Positions 7,801-14,094 of a stretch of 14,094 nt of DNA are shown here, piece after piece. The DNA comes from a bacterium. Lineage in GTDB: Bacteria > Hinthialibacterota > Hinthialibacteria > Hinthialibacterales > Hinthialibacteraceae. Every line of letters begins with the position of its first letter. Position 1 is the stretch's first letter. The DNA lies in assembly GCA_963663405.2 (NCBI GenBank), contig CAXXSM010000152.1, forward strand, positions 1 through 14,094, in the 5' to 3' direction. Position numbers and translations under genes: made by a program. The notes under the pieces are model-generated. The model saw nothing but the letters and a program-made list of their open reading frames with translations, ran no database searches and had not been told where the DNA came from.

Positions 7801-10766
7801 CATTGTAAAATTTCTTTGTGAAAGACTTGAAACACGAATGCGCGTTTTTCATCCCGCTCTTTTCCAAGCGCGATCCATTGTAAAAGTTGTGCTTGTATTG
7901 AATTCCATTGCGGTTCTTCAAGGATAGAGCGGGTGGGAATATACTCATCCGCAAATAAATCCGCTAATTCCTTGATAGTAAGAAAATCCTGTGAGCGAAT
8001 CGTATCGCTTTGATAGGGTAAATCCTCGCAGGCTTCTTGCAGCGTAGATTTGACTGTGTCAATACTTTGAAGAATAGGGCCGGCTTCTTGATGGATGGTT
8101 TCTTCTAATAAGGGGCTCCATTCCGTTCGCTGAACAGCCTGCCAGGGATGTTGGTGAACAAAGCCAAGCGCATCTACCGCTGTTTTCAAACTGGAAAGCG
8201 CATCCCTGCGATTCCATAACGCGTTTTCATCCCATTCAAGAATGGATTCAAAATCAAACCGCGCAAACGGTTTGTTTCGAAATCCGATCAATCTAGAAAT
8301 GACTTGAAAAGCCGATGCGCCCAGGGGGCGCCGTTTCGCCAGCGCCTGAACGTATCCGTTCAGTTCGTCCCGAAGTGTCTGCAAACGGCTGGTTTCTCGT
8401 TCCCACGTTCCCGAAGACTCGGAAGCCATTGCGCCCAACACCGTTTCCAACTGCGCAAGGACGCTTCTCTTATCGGCTTTGTTGGAATGCAATTCCAGGC
8501 AGAACGGCCCCAATCCGATCTGTTGCAATCGATCGTATACGACATTCAACGCCGCCATTTTTTCCGAGACGAACAACACCCGTTTTCCCAAAGTTAGACA
8601 ATGCGCAATCAAGTTGGTGATCGTCTGCGATTTCCCCGTGCCTGGCGGGCCTTCGAGTACGAAATTCTTGCCATCCGCGGCGGCGATGATGGACGTCAGC
8701 TGGGATGAGTCACAATCCATTGGACAAAACACCGCCGCGGGTGGATGCGTCTCATCCAGCCGGTCACTCTCAGGAAACTCGATTCCATCATGAAACGGTT
8801 GCCCTGATTTCTCGGCCAAATGTTTGAACACAGGTTGATTGAGGAACGTGTCAAAGTGCGTTTCTAGATCAACCCACATCAAAAATTTGTTAAAGGAAAA
8901 ATGACCAACAAAAGCTTCCTTCAATACTTCCCATCGTGGCTGATTCAGAATCGCTTCGGTCACTCGTTTGAAGATCGAATCGATATCCAGCCCAGCGTCA
9001 TCCGTGGGTAATGGATCCAATCCATCAATGGTGAGTCCATAATCCTTTTCCAGTTTTTGCAGTAACGTTACATTGAAACGGGGTTCATCATCCAGCATGG
9101 AGAGACGAAAACCTTCCCGGATCGATTTACGCTGCAATTCAAGAGGGACAAGGACAAGAGGAGCCATGCGAGGTTGATCGCTTCCTTCCGCTTCAAACCA
9201 TTTTAAAAATCCCAGCGCAAGATAAAGCGTATTGGCGCCTCCCTCTTCCAGACTCACACGAGCTTCCCGATAAATGACCAGTAGGCGTTTGGAAAGTTCT
9301 TCCGCCTCTAGATCGCTATATAGACGGCGCTGCTTCATCTGCGTCTGGAGAAATTCGGTGAGTCCATCACGCCCCTCGCTTTGCCGCATTAAATCAGCGT
9401 CTCTCTCGTCTTCCTCTCGTAGAAATCGAGACCGCGCATGGATGGCGAATCCCTCTCCATCCGATAATGCGTCTTCTAACAAACCTAAGTTGGGACAAAG
9501 AAAGTGAAATGACTTCCGTGTTTCTCTAAAATTAAGTAGACGGTTCCGCAGCGACAGATCGAGCAGTTTTCGTTTCCACCGTTCGATCCGTTCCGGCGCG
9601 CTCTCTTCCAACCGGTCACAGGGAGCCTTCAAAGGCTCAATCTCAGGAGACGCTGGTTCTTTAACCGGCGCGAGGTTTTCAGCGTTCTTTCCCGCGTCCT
9701 CGCTATATGCGATTTTTACACGCGGTTGACCGGCGCTGGATTCCACTTCCTGAAAACCATTCTCAGAACGTATACGGTTGGGCAACGGATGGATGTGACA
9801 ACGTCTTGCGTTTAGAATATCCAACGCAAAATGAAAACGGGAATCGTCGCCCAACAAAGCGGTAGCGTCTTCAATCGCTCGTTCCCACGAATAGTTGCCC
9901 GCCTTCGTCACATCGGTGGTTTCAAAAACAATCAACCGCCTTAATTCAATATTTTTCCGGACATAAGAAGGATCATCGATACAGGGATGAGGAAAACTGG
10001 TTTCTTCCAGCCAGACACCGGCGAACGCGTGTCCTTCAATCATAACAACTAGAGGATGCAAACCAATTTGCTCTAAACACGATGCGAAAAAGACAGCCCA
10101 GTCAAGGCAGGTTCCCATCCGGTTATGAAGAATTTGATCCGGCGTGCGGATTTTCTGGCCTGTGTTTTCAAAACTGGCGGGAGGATGGATATAGGAAGCG
10201 CCACCTTCACGCATCGTATCGTAAATGGCTTCACACATCTCATACACGCGTTTCGAACTGCGGGATTGATAGCCGGTCAAGGACGAATCACCGGTTCGCG
10301 CTTGGAGAGTTTGTGAGGCTTCCCGCAAAAAGTCATCAATGCTGGGATGATTGGGTTGAACGTGAGCGGCTAAAATCTCCGGCAACGAAGCGAGACCGCA
10401 CCATTCATTAAAAGCCAGGAGTTCAAAAGAAAAAGAAGATTCAACCAGTTTTAAATCCTCTTGGAAGATTGCGATCTGGATGGAACCCGTTTCCCGCTCT
10501 GTCTGCGAAATCAAAGAACGAGATTTTAAATTCAGCTGGATTTTTTCGAATACGCATGACGCGTTCGCTCCGATTTTTGAAATCTGTATCCGATTTTCAG
10601 CGTCAAATAAATCGGCTTGAATGAGTAGGATCAAATTCTCATACACGTCTTCCAATAGATTATGAATTCGAAGAAGCCGGAGAAATGGAATATGATTTTG
10701 ATAATGCGCATAACTGAAGCGCCGCTCATAATCCAACTCAATTGATAACGGTTGCGTGTTTTCCAT
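4803..10766 (-). CDS. DUF4011 - split SF1 (Upf1/DNA2-like) helicase - Vsr-like/MTES_1575 nuclease - DUF3320 protein; Hhe-type putative antiphage defence protein
   Basis: Uninterrupted ~1987 aa ORF. ATG at 10766 with GGGA upstream is preferred; the ORF track uses TTG at 10778. DUF4011 signature RWKRKLLDLSLRNRLLNF and EEGGANTLYLALGFLKW (~9050-9590). Walker A GPPGTGKS at 8628-8651, Walker B DEASQ at 6702-6716, then VGDSKQLPP, HYRS, VQGDERD, RRLNVAITRAR. Nuclease DSPFE..YRVDL..IECDGANYH..RDRDR..LGW..RIWSTDW (~5560-5820). DUF3320-like IVKAEGPV near the C-terminus. Domain order matches the Hhe family; the defence role is inferred. Confidence 0.9.
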   Translation of the reverse strand: MENTQPLSIELDYERRFSYAHYQNHIPFLRLLRIHNLLEDVYENLILLIQADLFDAENRIQISKIGANASCVFEKIQLNLKSRSLISQTERETGSIQIAIFQEDLKLVESSFSFELLAFNEWCGLASLPEILAAHVQPNHPSIDDFLREASQTLQARTGDSSLTGYQSRSSKRVYEMCEAIYDTMREGGASYIHPPASFENTGQKIRTPDQILHNRMGTCLDWAVFFASCLEQIGLHPLVVMIEGHAFAGVWLEETSFPHPCIDDPSYVRKNIELRRLIVFETTDVTKAGNYSWERAIEDATALLGDDSRFHFALDILNARRCHIHPLPNRIRSENGFQEVESSAGQPRVKIAYSEDAGKNAENLAPVKEPASPEIEPLKAPCDRLEESAPERIERWKRKLLDLSLRNRLLNFRETRKSFHFLCPNLGLLEDALSDGEGFAIHARSRFLREEDERDADLMRQSEGRDGLTEFLQTQMKQRRLYSDLEAEELSKRLLVIYREARVSLEEGGANTLYLALGFLKWFEAEGSDQPRMAPLVLVPLELQRKSIREGFRLSMLDDEPRFNVTLLQKLEKDYGLTIDGLDPLPTDDAGLDIDSIFKRVTEAILNQPRWEVLKEAFVGHFSFNKFLMWVDLETHFDTFLNQPVFKHLAEKSGQPFHDGIEFPESDRLDETHPPAAVFCPMDCDSSQLTSIIAAADGKNFVLEGPPGTGKSQTITNLIAHCLTLGKRVLFVSEKMAALNVVYDRLQQIGLGPFCLELHSNKADKRSVLAQLETVLGAMASESSGTWERETSRLQTLRDELNGYVQALAKRRPLGASAFQVISRLIGFRNKPFARFDFESILEWDENALWNRRDALSSLKTAVDALGFVHQHPWQAVQRTEWSPLLEETIHQEAGPILQSIDTVKSTLQEACEDLPYQSDTIRSQDFLTIKELADLFADEYIPTRSILEEPQWNSIQAQLLQWIALGKERDEKRAFVFQVFHKEILQCNLREILEKVKKAINSYPPFSWFHLWGVKKQLKPYTSVKIPSKNKLVELIESAIEINRLQDELTPIHKTANNHLGAVWNQGEADWNAVDHAMNWLDRFHQTLSKLPTHDDEAFLRFKRRWISLATEFRAKTKPGASLGSILSTLIDHYQLIRDRQRTLNDLLSLHEQKAWGGEEEDGWLITTQNTIDGWLQNPGALPKWLGYVRARRRSEEEGLHPLIHLLERDEVKAGELLSVFDHSFYREWYNALLNHEPVLRDFFSPDHMQTITQFQKIDRKVIELASTHARQELVKNIPQQNVLDLKTSELGILKAEIKKKRRHLPIRRLLNEIPALIQRLKPCFLMSPLSVSQFLDIDFPSFDLVIFDEASQIPVWDAVGAIGRGAQVIVVGDSKQLPPTNFFQILDSEDEFQDDFELVDMESILDHCSVAGLPNYDLKWHYRSRHETLIAFSNYHYYNNHLITFPSPQAETDGCGVDFHYLENGIYDKGKSRTNPIEAKAIVEEIVHRLTDPAAAQRSIGVVTFNLAQQQLIEDLLEQARRDHPAIDPFFSSESHEPVFVKNLENVQGDERDLILLSVCYGPDAQGRVSMNFGPLNREGGERRLNVAITRARYQVLLFSSIKSEQIDLKRTRARGAEHLKFYLDYAERGPNAIVEAIAVNPAADFDSPFEKDVFCALREKGWSIDIQVGCSGYRVDLAVRHPQKPGEFVLGIECDGANYHSSRVARDRDRIRESVLKRLGWTLYRIWSTDWRQNRENEIEKLHARILKAIADDSRRQKRKEPDPPAPKPIAAFVPEMQTPKIENTRESASEEEETNLLPGQEIYIPFEIPAAAHDKELFFESKSKSIIAKQIKEIVKAEGPVSFDLLAKYTAAQWNIERLTEKTKIRIEEVLKTLQYNQTLTGDRIFIWKPIQNPEQYESFRTPQEGRRDLAQIAKEEIANAIAALLAQHLSAQKEDVLKAVAKLFGYKSTSQKSLSILEIGLQHLVLKKQCMIEEDNVKWLE

Positions 10767-10785
10767 TTTGTTTCCCAATCAATAA

Positions 10786-10814
10786 ATTCTGGCTAGCCCA
10801 TAAATTGGATGCAA
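10786..10814 (-). promoter_or_regulatory. Candidate sigma70-type promoter for the helicase gene (TTGCAT-N17-CAGAAT)
   Basis: Minus strand TTGCAT at 10814-10809, 17 nt spacer, CAGAAT at 10791-10786, about 20 nt before the ATG at 10766. Consensus match only. Confidence 0.3.
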
Positions 10815-10856
10815 AAAATCATTTAGGTAATTACACTCTTTCGCAGGCTTGCTTAA

Positions 10857-10971
10857 TTGTCTGAACCATGATTCTACGATTATATGTTGACCATGATTAA
10901 AAATCCAGAAAATCAATGGAATCAAGTAAGACAGCGCCAGCTGGCTGGCTTTTTAATTAAGGTTCAAACAA
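10857..10971 (-). repeat. Palindromic MITE/REP-like element, copy 2 (115 bp), inverted relative to copy 1
   Basis: Ends TTGTCTGAACCATGATT ... AATTAAGGTTCAAACAA. 10920-10957 (AATCAAGTAAGACAGCGCCAGCTGGCTGGCTTTTTAAT) is the exact reverse complement of 2868-2905. The rest aligns with substitutions and two 1 bp indels. Confidence 0.9.
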
Positions 10972-11075
10972 CAATGAATTGCAATTATATGAGGTATCGG
11001 GTGGAAGTGGAGGGATAAATCCAGTAGTTCTTTTCGAAGATAACACCTTCAAAATCGGCGTAAAATCCCTCTCCC

Positions 11076-12400
11076 TTATTCCTTCTCAACACGAATCGTG
11101 TGACGAACCGGTTTGAAAGAGGAAGCGATCGCTTCCGCCAAAGGAGTCCGCACTTTTTCCGTAAGAGCGGCGGTCATTTCCATATCCGCATGGCCTTCAT
11201 CCCCGTGGAAGAGTTGTTTAATCTGCCGGGTCTCATACGCTTGTTTTTTCGCGACGGCTTCATCCACTTGTTTAAACGCTTCACTGAATGGATTGACATG
11301 GAAATCATCAGCCAGATTGATCCCTTTGGCCAATTCTTCACTAGAATAACTCTTCGATGTTTCCCCCCAGGTCACTTTATACGAACCCGCGTCAGCGTTT
11401 GAAACAACAAGCATGAATCGATTTAGTTCTTGGTTGAATGGGACCAAAGTCATGCCGGAACGGATACTCGAATCCTGATCGAGCTCACCAACCGCGCAGA
11501 ATGGATACCGCCCGCTCTCTAACTGAACGACTCCACCCTTGCTGGAAAGAACTTGATGACCATCTGACGCGGAGGCTTTTCCCGACCGCATATCCAATGC
11601 GATCGTTCCAATCTCTCCATCCAAACCCATCGCTTTCAGAAACGCGTAGGCCATCACCAATTGTCCAGCCCAACCCGGATGAACGCCATCCTTGCCGGAG
11701 ATCATATAATCTTCGCCATATTCCTTCTTCGCCCGGAATCCTTCTATAAGCATCGGCAAATAAACATCCGCGAACGCCACATCCTCTTCTTCAGCCAGCC
11801 GGACGCCGATATTCCGGAATTCCAACAAACTGAGATTCAGGTCTTTGACCGTGCCTTTGGCCTGTTTTACCCACGATGGCATTTTCCCCACCGTGCCCGG
11901 CGATCCTTGGATAAACCGCACATTATTATCCTTAAATGTGCGAATGATGGATTGGGATGTTTTATAATAGAGAGAGCCATATTCAGGATCGTAGGGTTGA
12001 TAGCGGTGATCGTTCATCCCATAACAGGTCGTCGCAATGGTTGGCTTAAACCGCAGCACGTCATTTTCCATACGATGGAAAAATCCCGGCGCTTGTTCAC
12101 CCACTCCAGCCGAATTGGCGGACCGTGATTTCCAGCTGTGGAACACAAACGGTTAAGTAGGTTTCCATAATCCGGGAATACATCTTCTGTTCAGTGATCG
12201 AGTCGCCGCAAATCGCCCAAACGGTCTTCCTCTTTTAATAGCAAACTTTCGGTCACTGGCGCCTTGACCGGTTTAAAATCAGCGAAATAAGGATCGGAAG
12301 GCAGTTGTTCCAGCTCCGCCGCATAAATCAAACCAGCTGAAACAAATACCAATAACAGCGTCAACATAAAATAAGAATACTTGGCGCATACACGATTCAT
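11076..12400 (-). pseudogene. Secreted SGNH/GDSL hydrolase (likely carbohydrate esterase), ~440 aa when repaired; interrupted by two +1 frameshifts (pseudogene or sequencing error)
   Basis: Start probably ATG at 12400 (SD GGAG at 12408-12411), followed by a signal peptide. Removing one G at 12216-12218 and one at 12100-12102 joins the track ORFs 12191..12427 and 11076..12146 through an intermediate frame: DRL/AICGDSITEQKMYSRIMETYLTVCVPQLEITVRQFGWS/GEQAPGF. This restores SGNH blocks GDS, GWSG, YGMND and DGVH. Confidence 0.85.
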
Positions 12401-12563
12401 CATTATTCTCCATGTTTTTGAAACCATAGTTTGATTCTCCTAGACCTAGATTTTTTATGTTCCAACACCAAAACCATCATAATGAAGATCGCGCCCGCCT
12501 GGAAGGACTCTCCTTCTCCGCCCTATGGACGACGGTCATCGACACAATTCCGGCTTCAATGTT

Positions 12564-13626
12564 TCAAGATCGTATTGAATGATCGCGATCCGATTCTGAC
12601 GTTCTCCTATCGAACGAAGCATTCACCGCCATCACAATCAATAAGAGAGCGCCCCACGTGAATTCTTTTGTATAGTTATTAATGTACCCCTGCGTATAAT
12701 CATAAAATCGAAGCATATTCAATCCACTGGATAGAAACTGTAACGCGAGCGCCGCAATCAGTATCCCCCACACATTTCCAAATCCTCCACGGGGATTCAC
12801 ACCCGCGAGAATGGTGGCGAGCACAGCTTGCAATAAATACGATCCACCATAATCAGCCTTCGCTGAATTCGCTCGCGCAATCACGATCAAACCCGCCAAC
12901 CCCGCTAACAAACCACTCATGGTATACGTCTTCAGAATTAACGCCCGGATAGGGATCCCCGAATAGAGCGCCGCGACAGGATTGGTCCCAGTCAAATAGA
13001 GAGAGAGCCCAAATCGCGTTCGGCTCAATAATAAATGTAAGAAAATGAGAAGACTGATAAACAACAAGAGAGGAACCGGCAAGAATGCGATTGTGCCATG
13101 ACCGATCGTCCAGAAACGCCTCCGGATATCCCGCGGCCGCGTAGCCTTTCGTCAAAACAAATGCGATCCCCATAAAGAGCTGCATCGTTCCAAGCGTAGC
13201 CAAGATCGGCGTAATCCGCAGATAAGCGATAAGGACGCCATTCATAAATCCTAAGAAAGCGCTTGTGACAATCGCGATAACGACCGCTAGGATTGACACC
13301 GCTGCAGGCGCCTGATCCGCCCAATTCGCTGTAAGCAGAAACGCGGCCATTAAACCGGACAGATTGGCGATACTCACTATAGAGAGATCGATCCCGCCCG
13401 TGATAAGCGTAATCATTATCGCCAGAGAAAATATCCCCAGTTCCGGAAATTGAAACGCCATGGAAGTGAAATTATTCCACGTAAAAAACTTCCCTGGATT
13501 CAAGAGCGTCATGAGAATGTAAATAATTAAAGCGCCGATCAACAAGCGAAATAAACTCCGGTCTTCCATCAAGACACGAAGCCAGGGAAGGAACAAGAAG
13601 CGAGCGCGCTGGTTGTATGATTTCAT
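12564..13626 (-). pseudogene. Sugar ABC transporter permease (RbsC/BPD_transp_2 family), ~353 aa when repaired; one +1 frameshift at 13110-13111
   Basis: The N-half (ORF 12853..13626) has ITGGIDLSI and ITPILATLGTM. The C-half (ORF 12564..13082) has RTRFGLSLYLTGTNPVAALYSGI and LQAVLATILAGV. Deleting one G in CTG-G-ACG gives continuous YPEAFL/TIGHGTIAFLPVPL. Its ATG overlaps the stop of the upstream permease (ATGA at 13623-13626). Confidence 0.88.
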
Positions 13627-14094
13627 CGTCCGACAATCCCCCGGTTCGCCTTTATGTGTTCATGCGCGGTCACCGCTGCGCTGATTATGACAATCAAGCC
13701 GATCGCCGTCTTTTGCCAATAGGATGGAATATGAAGGAGAATAAGACTGTTATTGATCGTCACTAAGAGAAACACTCCCAACACAGTTCCCAATACTGTT
13801 CCCCGCCCTCCGGTGATACTCGCGCCCCCCAACACAGAGGCGGCGATTACGTCGAGTTCCATGCCAACCAAGTCAAATGGATTCGCATTCCGCATCATAC
13901 AGGCGTGAATCATACCTGCGAAACCCGCCAGCATTCCTACAAATCCATACAAAAAAAACTGGATGCGTTTCAACCGGAAACCGGCTCGTTCCGCCGCCTC
14001 TTCATCCCCACCCATCGCATACAATCCACGGCTGATCATGGTATAGCGAAGCAGAATCCATACGGCCAATGCAATAAGTAGAAACAGACCGAAC
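13623..14094 (-). CDS. Sugar ABC transporter permease (RbsC/BPD_transp_2 family), C-terminal part; start lies beyond the right edge
   Basis: Frame is open to the window edge (..[18 protein letters not shown]). Motifs [17 protein letters not shown] and [30 protein letters not shown] are typical of monosaccharide ABC permeases. Confidence 0.92.
   Translation of the reverse strand, partial: FGLFLLIALAVWILLRYTMISRGLYAMGGDEEAAERAGFRLKRIQFFLYGFVGMLAGFAGMIHACMMRNANPFDLVGMELDVIAASVLGGASITGGRGTVLGTVLGVFLLVTINNSLILLHIPSYWQKTAIGLIVIISAAVTAHEHIKANRGIVGR

Noticed and set aside
2845-10980. Target-site duplication around the repeat-bounded segment
   Set aside because: The outer flanks (GGATCCTTA on the left, CAATGAATT on the right) share no direct repeat, so transposition is not directly evidenced.
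11010-11071. GAGGGAT...ATCCCTC inverted repeat downstream of the SGNH gene
   Set aside because: Only a 7 bp stem with a ~48 nt loop and no adjacent U-tract; not a convincing terminator.
12191-12427. Independent 78 aa small secreted protein, or programmed ribosomal frameshifting
   Set aside because: It is the N-terminus of the SGNH hydrolase. None of the shift sites has a slippery heptamer, and two successive shifts would be needed.
12502-12516. GAAGGA-CTC-TCCTTC hairpin between the permease and the esterase
   Set aside because: A 6 bp stem without a poly-U tail; compatible with chance.
401-12661. The many plus-strand ORFs and short out-of-frame minus-strand ORFs in the track (e.g. 5064..5726, 6267..6833, 11661..12128, 1156..1338)
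   Set aside because: They lie antisense to or out of frame within well-supported genes, and have no recognisable motifs; treated as shadow ORFs.

Overview
Every real gene in this 14.1 kb bacterial window lies on the minus strand. In transcription order they are: two sugar ABC permeases (the first cut by the right edge, the second split by one frameshift), a secreted SGNH/GDSL esterase (split by two frameshifts), a ~1990 aa DUF4011-SF1 helicase-Vsr-like nuclease-DUF3320 protein (Hhe-type antiphage architecture, with an N-terminal transglutaminase-like Cys-His-Glu module), a DUF5060/DUF4038 putative glycoside hydrolase, a Tat-exported TIM-barrel sugar isomerase/epimerase, and a GH3 glycosidase that runs off the left edge and is missing from the ORF track. 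The most notable unannotated structure is a ~115 bp palindromic element present twice in opposite orientation (2854-2970 and 10857-10971). The copies share a 38 bp identical core, their homology extends ~45 bp further inward, and they bracket the 7.9 kb helicase + DUF5060 segment. The GH3 has non-canonical active-site motifs (SEG for SDW, CHY for KHF). All three frameshifts are single extra Gs within ~1 kb and may be sequencing error. Family assignments are from motif recognition, not database searches.
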